A stretch of 64,000 bases of DNA, taken from contig JBAZXP010000001.1 of NCBI GenBank assembly GCA_041659805.1, positions 800,141-864,140 of the forward strand. Reading direction: 5' to 3'. Below are positions 10,086 through 19,276 of this stretch, piece by piece. This DNA comes from Microgenomates group bacterium. GTDB taxonomy: Bacteria > Patescibacteriota > Microgenomatia > Daviesbacterales > UBA10151. Position numbers and translations under genes: made by a program. The notes beneath the pieces were generated by a model. The model was not told the DNA's origin. It made no database searches and saw only the letters and a list, made by a program, of their open reading frames with translations. Numbering within the stretch: position 1 is the stretch's first letter; each line of letters starts with the position of its first letter.

Positions 10086-10102
10086 GACCTAAAGTAAAAG
10101 TA

Positions 10103-11047
10103 TTAGCTGTTAGCTAGTCCTCTTTTTAACTCATTAGCTAAATTAAGGTAATTTTCAACTGATTGAAGTACATGGGATACCTCTATTAATTTAGGAAGGG
10201 AGTTCGCTGTTTTTTCTTGAGTATCTAATCTAGGATATTTAATCTGTTCAATTTCTGCATGTCTTTGTTGAACTAAACCCTGAGGTATTTGTCCATAGAT
10301 TTTTTCAAGGAATTGATCAGGGGTAAGTTCTGTTTCTTCTTGTTGTAATGCTTGATAGAGCTCTTTTTGGATTGCTACTGTGACATTATGGTAACGTTCT
10401 CCTTCCAGTGTCCATTGAACCCTTTCGCCTGTTACATATTGTTCAGGGTGAGAGATTGATCTTCTGGCATGTTTTTCTGAAAGCCCCCAGTAAATTCCAT
10501 AAGCAGCAGGCCCGCACATTTCACCGAGAACTGAACCTACATTGATTATGCTTCCTTGTAGACTGTGAATAGTGTAGTAGTCAGCAGCACTCATTAAAGC
10601 TGTTCCGGCAGCTAAAGCTATAAATACAGTTCTCACTCTTGATAGTTCCTGAGAGGGGAATCCTAGCAAACGAGGTCTTTCCATATAGTGTTTGGTAAAT
10701 GATAGCAAGTCTCTTTCAAATTCAGCTCTTGGGTGAAGTTCTGGAGAGGTTCTTAAAACTGCATGAGTTAGTTCTTCTCCTGTACCATATATAGCTAGTG
10801 AAGAGCTTATATTGGTTGAACCGTCGGGAAAATTAGGAACATCATGTTCTGGTCGTTCAAAAACTTGCCATTGTGATTCTTTAGTAGGAAAATCACCGAC
10901 ACTTGTAAAACCTAATTCTCTTGCGATTTGAGGAAGATTATTTAGGTGGGCAGGTTTAAGTACGTCATATTTGAAATTCGAAGAGTGGGCAAGAGTACTA
11001 TACCCTTCAGGAGCTTTATAAGCTTCGCCTTCAACCGTGTGCGCCAT
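10103..11047 (-). CDS. Hypothetical protein (314 aa) with visibly higher GC than its surroundings
   Basis: Long ORF, MAHTVEGEAYKAPEG..., with no motif I recognize. Local GC is well above the window average. Confidence 0.5.
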   Translation of the reverse strand: MAHTVEGEAYKAPEGYSTLAHSSNFKYDVLKPAHLNNLPQIARELGFTSVGDFPTKESQWQVFERPEHDVPNFPDGSTNISSSLAIYGTGEELTHAVLRTSPELHPRAEFERDLLSFTKHYMERPRLLGFPSQELSRVRTVFIALAAGTALMSAADYYTIHSLQGSIINVGSVLGEMCGPAAYGIYWGLSEKHARRSISHPEQYVTGERVQWTLEGERYHNVTVAIQKELYQALQQEETELTPDQFLEKIYGQIPQGLVQQRHAEIEQIKYPRLDTQEKTANSLPKLIEVSHVLQSVENYLNLANELKRGLANS

Positions 11048-11120
11048 AATACATAATTTTATACATCTTATGGTTCCTCCTTGTCAATAATTGTTCATAT
11101 ATAAAGCCTTAGTGATTATT

Positions 11121-11276
11121 TTATTCAGTAGGAGTTTCTACACTTATCCATATATCATCTTCTGCACACCAATAAACAACCTTTTTATATTCTTTATATT
11201 TTTTGCCCTTTTTACCATTATTGGTAACTGCATCCCATTGTTCTGTCATTTTCTGCTTACACCTTGAACATTTCAT
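11121..11276 (-). CDS. Small cysteine-containing protein (51 aa), not in the ORF track
   Basis: Manual translation gives MKCSRCKQKMTEQWDAVTNNGKKGKKYKEYKKVVYWCAEDDIWISVETPTE*. A truncated copy of its 3' end is present at 11972..12025. Confidence 0.35.
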   Translation of the reverse strand: MKCSRCKQKMTEQWDAVTNNGKKGKKYKEYKKVVYWCAEDDIWISVETPTE

Positions 11277-11368
11277 GAAATTATTATACCTCAGTCACAC
11301 GAATTATAGATTTAAGCTTTTTATATCAAGAAATTGTATTTAAAAAATCAATGTGATATTTTGGTATT

Positions 11369-11626
11369 ATGACACGGTCACCAGATTATGAACCATATTA
11401 CAGACCAACAACTAATCGTACAAGTTTAAATTTTACTGAAAGAGCTGCAAACCATTTAATAGCATCTATTGTTTATGGCGGTTTTTTTATTACCCGTCCT
11501 GATGCATTATTTAAAAATACTCCACGAGAAATTGCTAAAGGATATCAGAGATTTTACAACAACATGGATCATATAGGATTGTTGCCATATAGACCATTAG
11601 TAGGCTGTATAAAAACTATTCACTAA
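11369..11626 (+). CDS. Hypothetical protein (85 aa)
   Basis: ORF only. Confidence 0.3.
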   Translation: MTRSPDYEPYYRPTTNRTSLNFTERAANHLIASIVYGGFFITRPDALFKNTPREIAKGYQRFYNNMDHIGLLPYRPLVGCIKTIH

Positions 11627-11671
11627 TCAATTGCTGTTTTTTAAATTCTCAGGTTTTGTTATAGTAAAAAT

Positions 11672-11860
11672 ATGATTTATGAAATTATTGGCTGGATTGG
11701 TACAGGATTAGTTCTATTGGCATATTTTTTGGTATCGACCCGCAGAATTGCCCCTACCTCAAAGGAATATCAATTGATAAATTTGTTTGGTGCGTTAGGT
11801 ATTATTATTAACTCTGCCATACATATGGCAATTCCTTCTGTGGGACTTAATGTTGTTTAG
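11672..11860 (+). CDS. Hypothetical small membrane protein (62 aa, two predicted TM segments)
   Basis: Hydrophobic segments IIGWIGTGLVLLAYFLV and LFGALGIIINSAIHMAI. Confidence 0.3.
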   Translation: MIYEIIGWIGTGLVLLAYFLVSTRRIAPTSKEYQLINLFGALGIIINSAIHMAIPSVGLNVV

Positions 11861-11971
11861 TTACTAATTGCTGTTTATGGATTATTAAAAGTAGGTAGGA
11901 AATAATTATTTAGCTTTCTACCCCAATATTGGCCTTACCTTCACTAATTCTTTTACTGATTTCCTAAGTGA

Positions 11972-12025
11972 TTTTATTTAGTAGAGTTTTTACACTTATC
12001 CAAATATCATCTTTAGAATTGCGAT
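11972..12025 (-). repeat. About 50-bp imperfect direct repeat of 11113..11166. It is a truncated remnant of the small Cys protein gene's 3' end.
   Basis: tgattttatttagtagagtttttacacttatccaaatatcatcttt versus tgattattttattcagtaggagtttctacacttatccatatatcatcttc. The minus-strand translation ...SKDDIWISVKTLL matches ...AEDDIWISVETPTE. Confidence 0.55.
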
Positions 12026-12058
12026 ACATGCCTATAGTGTGCTAGAATTCCTGTCTAT

Positions 12059-12655
12059 ATGAGTATTATTGAAGAAGGAAGAGGTTCTAGCGAAGTTATT
12101 GGGCGAAATCCAGAAATGATGCAAGTCAGAAATCTACCTGGATATGTTGCATTGGTTAGGTATACTTATGATTTGTTGCCAGATGAAGAAATCTATACAA
12201 AAGTTTTGCAGAACAGAAACGTATTCGGCTTCGATCATCAACCAATAATTTCAGATAGACATTTACATGGAGATTTTGCGGTAACAAGAGGCCAAGGTAT
12301 TGAAGGATATAATTTATTAGGTTCAGATGAAGTTAGAAATACCCGAAATCAAAGGAGAAACCAATTAGAAATGATCTTATATAATTTGGAAAAAGCAGAA
12401 GCTTTTATGGATTCCGTAGATTCTACGCTTGCAGGTTTAGGGTTCCGTGGTCAGATTGCGCTGAAACTTAAATATCAATTAGATTCTTCTCTCCCTTCAT
12501 TGTCTAGTAAAGAGATTGGCTCAAGAATTAAAGAAGGAATGGGTAGAAGAGGGGCACGAACCTCTTTTAAAAGAGGGATTTCGCGTTTAAGAGAAAAATC
12601 AGTTGCAAAAGACATATTTGATTTTTTAGATAGAAGAACTCCTCAAGCAATATAA
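12059..12655 (+). CDS. Hypothetical protein (198 aa)
   Basis: ORF with an ATG start. No recognizable motif. Confidence 0.45.
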   Translation: MSIIEEGRGSSEVIGRNPEMMQVRNLPGYVALVRYTYDLLPDEEIYTKVLQNRNVFGFDHQPIISDRHLHGDFAVTRGQGIEGYNLLGSDEVRNTRNQRRNQLEMILYNLEKAEAFMDSVDSTLAGLGFRGQIALKLKYQLDSSLPSLSSKEIGSRIKEGMGRRGARTSFKRGISRLREKSVAKDIFDFLDRRTPQAI

Positions 12656-12672
12656 AAGTATTTAAGAAATAA

Positions 12673-13452
12673 TTATTCTACTTTCTGCCAGATACTTGTT
12701 TTGTCTTTAGTAAACCGGATTGCATCTTGTGTAGTTAAAAATAGTGAGATGTCTTCAAATGTTTTTTCCAAAACTGCTTTACCGTAATAATAGATATGCT
12801 TTTTTCTCTTTTCGTCCTGAAGGATGAAAAGAATTAAGGGGAAAGGGCTATTATTCGTATTGGCTTGCCAGTCACCGCATTCGCAGTAGGAAATATATTG
12901 TTTTATTCTTTGCCTTGGAAGAAATGCCGGGTTTTTATAACCGTCATAAAGATCAAGAAAATACCTGTCTGTCCCTTCTTTGCTGTTAACCGCAATATAA
13001 GCGTCTGGTAACTCATCAGGGAAATAATCATATCCTATCAAATCTTGTGGTGTAAAAAAGCTTAGTTCTGTATCTCTTGCTTGTTGTTTTAAGAAAAAGA
13101 GATAGATATCAAAAATAAAAAGACAATGGTTTCTAAAATTCTCAGTTAATTTCTTCTCCTTATATATTCTTTCTAAAAAGCTTTTGTCATTATTTTCATC
13201 TTCTTGCAAAATATGTCTTGCTTTTGTATCTAAGCAGAATATAAAAGGTTTTGTAGGATTTTTTGTGTCTTTTATTGCGTAGATATATTTATTTTCTCTT
13301 AATGTTTTTAATCGTTCTTTTACTCTGTGTGGATCTTTATGATTAAAGTATTTTTGTAGTTGGTTGATTGTTAGGAAACGGAATTTGTAGAGTAAGAAGA
13401 GAATTTGTTTTTGGTATTTTTTTATTGATTTAGTATTTTTATTATCTTTCAT
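12673..13452 (-). CDS. Replication-relaxation family-like protein with an N-terminal winged-helix domain
   Basis: N-terminal ILFLLYKFRFLTINQLQKYF...RVKERLKTLRENKYI matches the hallmark ILxLLyxhRFLTxxQlxxLlf...RLkkLxexGli of Replication-relaxation (PF13814-type) proteins. It lies adjacent to a coupling-protein-like ATPase. Confidence 0.6.
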   Translation of the reverse strand: MKDNKNTKSIKKYQKQILFLLYKFRFLTINQLQKYFNHKDPHRVKERLKTLRENKYIYAIKDTKNPTKPFIFCLDTKARHILQEDENNDKSFLERIYKEKKLTENFRNHCLFIFDIYLFFLKQQARDTELSFFTPQDLIGYDYFPDELPDAYIAVNSKEGTDRYFLDLYDGYKNPAFLPRQRIKQYISYCECGDWQANTNNSPFPLILFILQDEKRKKHIYYYGKAVLEKTFEDISLFLTTQDAIRFTKDKTSIWQKVE

Positions 13453-13620
13453 ATTTTTAGTTAAGAAGTTGAGGCAGAGGATTAGATATAGGTAAGTTTA
13501 AACTCCTTGGTGGGATTATATAACATCCACTTATATTTATATAAGTATAAAGAGTCTGTAATTATTTCTATTTTAGTCTCAAATTGTACAAATTTTAGTA
13601 CCCACACGTAGGTACTATTT

Positions 13621-16524
13621 TTAGCTCTTTCTATCCTCTGGAAAACCGCTTTTAGATGTAACTATATTTTTACTATTTGAATGCTTTTCATTGCTAACTT
13701 CACTTAGATTGTTAGTAACTTTTTGATATTTGATTGCCCAGTTTTTTCTTGAAGCCTCAATTAATTTTTCAATCTTTTTAGAATTTTTATCTACAGGTAT
13801 AAATATTGTTTCACCAGAAAAAGGTTCCTCCGATTCAATTGCGGAAATTTTAATATAAAAGCGATATCTTGGAAGATTCATAATCGCACCTTTTTCCAAG
13901 TAAGGGCTGAACTGATTTAGCATTAACTCCTCGTCAACATAATTACCGCTTCTGAAACTAATAACTGTGGTGACATTGGCAAGAATAATATTTGTAATAT
14001 CCCTGTCTTTTTGCTGGGAGGTGGATTGTTCTGCAATTATTAAAGGCATTTTATATTTTCTTCCCTCAGTAACCATTTTGGTAAATGAGGGGGTAGCAAA
14101 AGTTTGAAATTCATCAACATATAAATAGAAACTTTTTCTTTTGTTTTGTGGAATGTACGCTCTTTTTAATGCTGCTTGTTGAAGTTTGGTCATAATGGTT
14201 GTACCCATTAATCTTGAAGAATCTTCTCCTAATTTTCCCTGTGAGAAATTACAAATTAAAATTTTTCCTTGATTAATAATGTCATCAAAGTTTATTGTTG
14301 ATTTTGACTGTTCAAGGATTCTTTTAGCAGTTGGGGAGCGCATAAACCTTCCGACTTTTGCTGTTACACCCTGTGTCATTTTTACAACCTGAAAGTCTCC
14401 GGCTTTGCCAAATTCGTATTTCCAAAAATCAACCAAGTCTTCATCTTTTAATCGGCTAATTACATTTTTTCTAAAAGTAGGATTTGTTAAAATTTTATTG
14501 ATAGTAAATAAGGTGCATTCTTCGATTGTAAATGCAGTATAAATAGTATTTCGTAAAATATATTCAATCCTATGGGCATTGGTACTTTCGTCTTTAGAAA
14601 AAACTTTTCTAAACAGGGAAATTACACCTTCAGCGACTACTTCTTTTTCTAACTCTGCATCTTCCTCGTCTAATCCTCGAGTGAGTTCCAATAAATTAAT
14701 TCCTATTGGATACTTTAAATCAATGGGGTTAACATAAATTAGATCATCCTTTCTACTTAAGGGAATTGATGCAACCAGATCTTCTGCCACATCTCCATGC
14801 GGATCAATAAAAGCTAAACCTCTACCTTCTTCGATATCGTGTTTAGCCATTGAAAACATTAAGGTTGTTTTTCCACTTCCAGTTCTTCCCAAAATATACA
14901 TATGGGTTTGTCTTTCTTCCTCTGTTAGCCCAATATCCGTAGTTGTCCCTCCGTATGTATTTTTTCCGAAGATGACATTTAATTTTGTATCTTTTTTTAG
15001 AGACAAAGGAGCTGGTAGCTCTTTGCTGTAAAGTTTTACAATATCTTCTGTTTTTGTTGTATCAGTGTAAGGAAAATGATAAAAATCCGAGAGTTCAGAA
15101 ATAGAAAGAATGGGGTTTTTATTAAAAACGCTACTATGCGACAGTATTCTTCTTTTAAATTGGTCTAACCGCTGCCTTATTACTAATGGAGAAGGGAATA
15201 AACTTCTTTTCGTATTAATCGACTGGAAGGCTGTATTCATAACACCAAAGGATGCCATAAGGCCAGAGACCCTGCTTTTAAGCTCTTCTGAATCCTTTGT
15301 TATAACAAGCATTCGTATTGATGTTTCAAACAAAGGCTGGTCTATTTTTTCTTTTACAGTTATTTGTAACTCCTGTTCGTAAGGATTTAGCGTTTCTTGT
15401 GTGGAAGCAGCATCCATCGCCTCAGAAGCCATTAAAAAAGGAATCGCTTTACCGTTTGGATCCATAAAACCCAAAAGCATGCTATAGACAAACATCCAAA
15501 AAAATTTAAAAATCGACCATACTCCTTTGATAAATATTGCAATGATTGAAACTCCTGGTAATTCAGCAATCTTTTGTAAAATGTTTTGGTTTAACAGGGG
15601 CGTAAGCGGTTGTCTTTGGTACATACTCTTCCTTAAACCATTCATACTGCTTACAATATTTTTATGAGTATTCGACAAGACAGGAGTTGTCACTATTTGA
15701 AATGATATAAGCTCATTATCTTTTAGCTTTGTCATGTTACCAGTCAAATAAGAAATCGGATCGTGTTCTTCGAGCACTTTTTGTTTAGAAAGAGGCAAGG
15801 CAAAGGTTGATGCTAGTTTAAACTCAACAATACCTTGATATATTTTGTCTTGTGGGTTATCTTCTATATAATCTTCTACCTCTACAATCCTTATACCTGG
15901 CAAATAAGATAAAAGGCTCCTCTTAATAACATTGGCATTTTTTATATCTGTTACAAGAATATATCTAATCCCTTGATTCTTGGTTGAAATAATTTCCAGG
16001 CTAAATACTTTTTTATTTTTTAATAATCGTTCACTAAAACTTTGTTGCCTGGCAAGGCTATGTAGTAGCGTGTAAAGCTGTTGAGTAGCATATGCTGATT
16101 TACTAGTATCAGACGGAAAGGTTAATTCAAGAAAAACCTTGTTTGGTTTAGGAATAAATTTTGAAAAAAGAAACGGGGATAGTGTTTGAAAGAGTGAAGC
16201 CAAAATCTTCGTAAAAATCAAAAGAATAGCTATGCTTAAAATAAGAGTTACCGGCCAAAATATGATTAAAATACTGACGGCTACAGGTTGCGCGCCAAAT
16301 AATCCCGTAACAGACGAGCTTGAAGCAGTAAGTGCATTATACATATCCAGTCTCGATTGAAGTGGAAAGAGTGACTCAGGTAATGGAAATTTAAGCAGGA
16401 AGCCTAAAATAAGAGCATTTATAAAAGGCATTTGCTGGTTTTGTATCTGCTGGAGCAACTGCAATTGCTGGACATCAACTGCGTTGTGGGGAATAAATGT
16501 CGGCAATGGCGTTTGATTTGTCAT
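13621..16524 (-). CDS. TraD/VirD4/TraG-like type IV coupling protein (FtsK/HerA-superfamily ATPase) with N-terminal transmembrane segments
   Basis: Walker A YILGRTGSGKTTLMF followed by FIDPHGD. Walker B SFYLYVDEFQTFAT...RKYKMPLIIAEQS. Several N-terminal hydrophobic helices. The protein is 967 aa. Confidence 0.7.
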   Translation of the reverse strand: MTNQTPLPTFIPHNAVDVQQLQLLQQIQNQQMPFINALILGFLLKFPLPESLFPLQSRLDMYNALTASSSSVTGLFGAQPVAVSILIIFWPVTLILSIAILLIFTKILASLFQTLSPFLFSKFIPKPNKVFLELTFPSDTSKSAYATQQLYTLLHSLARQQSFSERLLKNKKVFSLEIISTKNQGIRYILVTDIKNANVIKRSLLSYLPGIRIVEVEDYIEDNPQDKIYQGIVEFKLASTFALPLSKQKVLEEHDPISYLTGNMTKLKDNELISFQIVTTPVLSNTHKNIVSSMNGLRKSMYQRQPLTPLLNQNILQKIAELPGVSIIAIFIKGVWSIFKFFWMFVYSMLLGFMDPNGKAIPFLMASEAMDAASTQETLNPYEQELQITVKEKIDQPLFETSIRMLVITKDSEELKSRVSGLMASFGVMNTAFQSINTKRSLFPSPLVIRQRLDQFKRRILSHSSVFNKNPILSISELSDFYHFPYTDTTKTEDIVKLYSKELPAPLSLKKDTKLNVIFGKNTYGGTTTDIGLTEEERQTHMYILGRTGSGKTTLMFSMAKHDIEEGRGLAFIDPHGDVAEDLVASIPLSRKDDLIYVNPIDLKYPIGINLLELTRGLDEEDAELEKEVVAEGVISLFRKVFSKDESTNAHRIEYILRNTIYTAFTIEECTLFTINKILTNPTFRKNVISRLKDEDLVDFWKYEFGKAGDFQVVKMTQGVTAKVGRFMRSPTAKRILEQSKSTINFDDIINQGKILICNFSQGKLGEDSSRLMGTTIMTKLQQAALKRAYIPQNKRKSFYLYVDEFQTFATPSFTKMVTEGRKYKMPLIIAEQSTSQQKDRDITNIILANVTTVISFRSGNYVDEELMLNQFSPYLEKGAIMNLPRYRFYIKISAIESEEPFSGETIFIPVDKNSKKIEKLIEASRKNWAIKYQKVTNNLSEVSNEKHSNSKNIVTSKSGFPEDRKS

Positions 16525-16615
16525 AACTTCCAGGCAGAAGTAATCAAAGTATAGCTAACTTGCAATCTAGCAGATAAAGCTCAGATTTTATATGGCATTT
16601 ATGCCAAATTCCCTC

Positions 16616-16645
16616 TTGACACTGTGTCTAGAAGGATAGTATATT
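16616..16645 (+). promoter_or_regulatory. Sigma-70-like promoter, TTGACA with 18 nt spacing to TATATT, overlapped by two palindromic operator-like sites
   Basis: cttgacactgtgtctagaaggatagtatattatcc. Palindromes GGATAgtatatTATCC and ATTATCCttatagGGATAAT sit just upstream of the small ORF and recombinase. Confidence 0.5.
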
Positions 16646-16666
16646 ATCCTTATAGGGATAATAATT

Positions 16667-16837
16667 ATGGCAAGACTGAAAGGTAGTAAGAATAAAAATT
16701 CCGAAGAAAGAATCACAACCTCTAGCTTGTCACTTCAGGAAAGACTGCGCTTTATTGCTAACCTGATCATAGAAAAAGCCTTAGAAGATCAGAAAAACGG
16801 CAAGGTTTTAATTAGAAAGATCTATGAGTCTAAGTAA
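16667..16837 (+). CDS. Small basic protein (56 aa) immediately upstream of, and overlapping, the serine recombinase start. Candidate recombination directionality factor or regulator.
   Basis: Manual translation gives MARLKGSKNKNSEERITTSSLSLQERLRFIANLIIEKALEDQKNGKVLIRKIYESK*. It overlaps the recombinase ATG by 14 nt and lies downstream of a strong promoter-like site. Confidence 0.35.
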   Translation: MARLKGSKNKNSEERITTSSLSLQERLRFIANLIIEKALEDQKNGKVLIRKIYESK

Positions 16838-18548
16838 CATTCCTAAAATTGAGAACGCGGTTGCTGCAATAAGAGTTTCTTCAACCCAGCAAGGTACTGA
16901 TGGTGATTCCCCTGAAGCACAGAAAGAGCAGATAGAAAGATTTGCCGCTAACCATAACTTTAACGTCAAAAAGATCTTTGTTTTCATGGAGTCAGCGTCC
17001 AAAGAGCAACAACCCATGCAAGAAGCAATTGACTACTGTAAAAATCCTAAAAATGATATTCAGCAATTTATCATTAAATCTATAGATAGATTTACCAGAG
17101 GTGGTTCTTACTCATACGACCATCTTAAAATGCAGCTGGAAAAATATGAAGTCAACTTAGTAGATATTTATGGGGTCATCAGTTCTCACAAAGTGAACAC
17201 TTTAGAGCACTTGGGAGTTTCGTTTAATTGGAGCGTTTACTCTCCTACTAAGAAAAGTGAACTATTGGAGGCTGAAAGAGCTAAAGACGAGATGCGGGAT
17301 ATCATGTCTAGAATGATCGGGGCTGAAATTCGCTATGCCAGAATGGGCTATTGGGTGCGGGAAGCTCCCATTGGATATGTTGTTGAAAAGATTGAAACAC
17401 CAAACGGTAAAAGATGTATTTTAAAACCTCATCCTATTGAATCCTCATGGATTATCAAAATGTTTGAATTAAGATGCAGGGGAACTTTAGGAGATCATCA
17501 AATAGTTGATGAGATAAACAAGCTAGGCTTTAAAACAAGAATAGATTATGTCAGAGACCAGCACGACAGAACTAAAATTATTAAGGAACATGGAGGTCAT
17601 AAGCTGGATATTAAAGGCTTCTGGAGGTATATTCAAAATCCTGTTTATGCCGGAGTCAGTGCAGAGAAGTGGACGGAAGGCCATAGAGTTAAAGGGAAAT
17701 ATGAAGGATTAGTTTCAATTGATACTTTCAATAAAGCAAATAAGGGGAAAGTTATTATTTCTGAAGAGGATGGTCAAATTAAACTTTATAGGAAGCAACC
17801 AGAAGAATGGAGGATCAAAAAAGGAGTAAGAAATCCGGATTTTCCATATAAACGGGTTGTATTATGTCCTCATTGCAAAAGACCGTTATACGGCAGTGCT
17901 TCTAGAGGTAGACTAGGCAAGTACTACCCTGCATATCACTGTAGTAAAGAAGGCCACAACTTTAGGGTTCCTAAGAAAGACTTTGAAGAAGCAATAATTA
18001 AATTTGTTAAAAATATAAATTTAGCACCAGGTTATATAGATGAGTTAGTTAAATCTGTAACCGAAGAATGGGACAAAAGACAGAAGGAAATCACTAAGGA
18101 TACTACCAATTATGATGAAAGAATCACTCAGCTAAAAACCCAAGTTAAGATGACAATTGATAAAATTAAATTTCTCACTTCTGAAGTGGCTATTAGATAT
18201 ATGGAGCAAGACTTAGTTAAAGCAGAAGAAGAAATAGCTCAACTTATGATCGACAAGCAAAAGGCTGATCAGGAAAAACCAGTAGATGCCAATATTATTA
18301 TGGCGTATATAAAATATTATCTAGAGCACATGGACGAATTATTGTTAGATAATAATTCAGATCCCATATTTAAGGCTAATTGTTTTGGAGTGCTTTTTGA
18401 TAAGGCTCCAACCTATACGGAAATAAACAATTTTACTTCTGGAAAAATAGATTCTGGAACACCTGATTTAGCAAGTTGTATCGCTCTAAACGAGGCCTTC
18501 ATTAGATCTCAAGGGAAGCTGGCTGCGGGACATGGATTCGAACCATGA
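16824..18548 (+). CDS. Large serine recombinase (integrase)
   Basis: Catalytic motif AAIRVSSTQQG and DRFTRGG (resolvase domain). Recombinase domain and Zn ribbon CPHCKRPLYGSASRGRLGKYYPAYHC. Coiled-coil C-terminus. The 3' end overlaps tRNA-Gln. Confidence 0.85.
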   Translation: MSLSNIPKIENAVAAIRVSSTQQGTDGDSPEAQKEQIERFAANHNFNVKKIFVFMESASKEQQPMQEAIDYCKNPKNDIQQFIIKSIDRFTRGGSYSYDHLKMQLEKYEVNLVDIYGVISSHKVNTLEHLGVSFNWSVYSPTKKSELLEAERAKDEMRDIMSRMIGAEIRYARMGYWVREAPIGYVVEKIETPNGKRCILKPHPIESSWIIKMFELRCRGTLGDHQIVDEINKLGFKTRIDYVRDQHDRTKIIKEHGGHKLDIKGFWRYIQNPVYAGVSAEKWTEGHRVKGKYEGLVSIDTFNKANKGKVIISEEDGQIKLYRKQPEEWRIKKGVRNPDFPYKRVVLCPHCKRPLYGSASRGRLGKYYPAYHCSKEGHNFRVPKKDFEEAIIKFVKNINLAPGYIDELVKSVTEEWDKRQKEITKDTTNYDERITQLKTQVKMTIDKIKFLTSEVAIRYMEQDLVKAEEEIAQLMIDKQKADQEKPVDANIIMAYIKYYLEHMDELLLDNNSDPIFKANCFGVLFDKAPTYTEINNFTSGKIDSGTPDLASCIALNEAFIRSQGKLAAGHGFEP

Positions 18549-18593
18549 TAAACAGATCCAAAGTCTGTTGTCCTACCATTAGACGATCCCGCA
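18520..18593 (-). tRNA. tRNA-Gln (anticodon UUG), CCA encoded
   Basis: Manual fold: acceptor UGCGGGA/UCCCGCA with U1:A72, anticodon stem ACAGA/UCUGU, loop CUUUGGA, T-arm CAUGG-UUCGAAU-CCAUG, discriminator G then CCA. It overlaps the recombinase 3' end by about 26 nt. Confidence 0.75.
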
Positions 18594-18713
18594 TTACATT
18601 TGCGGTGTCCCGCAATGTACCCATGATTATACTCAATTTGCCTTTATTGATCAAACTCTAATTGCACCTATGGTTTAAATGTGATATATCTATTTTAACT
18701 ATTCTAAAATTAT

Positions 18714-18935
18714 ATGTCAGAAACAGAGAAAGATTTTCACCCAAATCCAAGCGTTGTGGATTTAAGAACAGACCCTCCAACTATTTATGAAGGTATAGAA
18801 GTATTAATAATTGATGGAGTTGTAAAAGTCGTAAGTGCAAGTATTCCAATTGAATCGTCAGTAATTCGCCCTGCAGATAGAATAGAAGGTCTACCTATTC
18901 CACGAAGTGTCACTCTAATTCGAAATCAGCAATAG
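18714..18935 (+). CDS. Hypothetical protein (73 aa)
   Basis: ORF only. Confidence 0.3.
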   Translation: MSETEKDFHPNPSVVDLRTDPPTIYEGIEVLIIDGVVKVVSASIPIESSVIRPADRIEGLPIPRSVTLIRNQQ

Positions 18936-19013
18936 TTTTTACCCTCTATTTGCTCTTAAATTTGACATTTTATGACAGACATTAGATACTGAGATTATAG
19001 AGGGGGTGAGAAA

Positions 19014-19205
19014 ATGAAATTAGTTTCTCAGATTGCAGGTGTTCTTGTTTTGGTTGGTGCCCTAAACTGGGGTTTAGTAGGTCTTCTTAATATGAATCTT
19101 GTCACAACTATTTTTGGATCAGGATCAATGTTAACAAACATTGTTTATGATTTGGTCGGTCTTTCAGCTTTGTTGGTGGCATATGATATGTACGTTAAGA
19201 AATAA
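19014..19205 (+). CDS. DUF378-like small membrane protein
   Basis: GALNWGLVGLLNMNLVTTIFG motif, two TM helices, AGAGGGGGTGAG SD upstream and a terminator downstream. Confidence 0.55.
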   Translation: MKLVSQIAGVLVLVGALNWGLVGLLNMNLVTTIFGSGSMLTNIVYDLVGLSALLVAYDMYVKK

Positions 19206-19231
19206 GTACGTTTCATAAAAGAACTTATTTA

Positions 19232-19262
19232 AAACACCGCTTGATAAGAGCGGTGTTTTTAT
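19232..19262 (+). terminator. Rho-independent terminator
   Basis: AAACACCGCTtgataaGAGCGGTGTTTTT: a 9-10 bp GC-rich stem plus a T tract. Confidence 0.65.
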
Positions 19263-19276
19263 GATAAACACAATGT

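Larger units (their letters stand above)
1..18593. mobile_element. Partial integrative/mobilizable element. It carries two large serine recombinases, a mobilization module (Replication-relaxation-like protein plus TraD/VirD4-like coupling ATPase) and a helicase-nuclease cargo cluster, abutting tRNA-Gln. The left boundary lies outside the window.
   Basis: See the individual genes above. Also gene fragments and repeat remnants inside, a compositional anomaly at 10103..11047, and housekeeping genes resuming right after tRNA-Gln. Confidence 0.6.
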
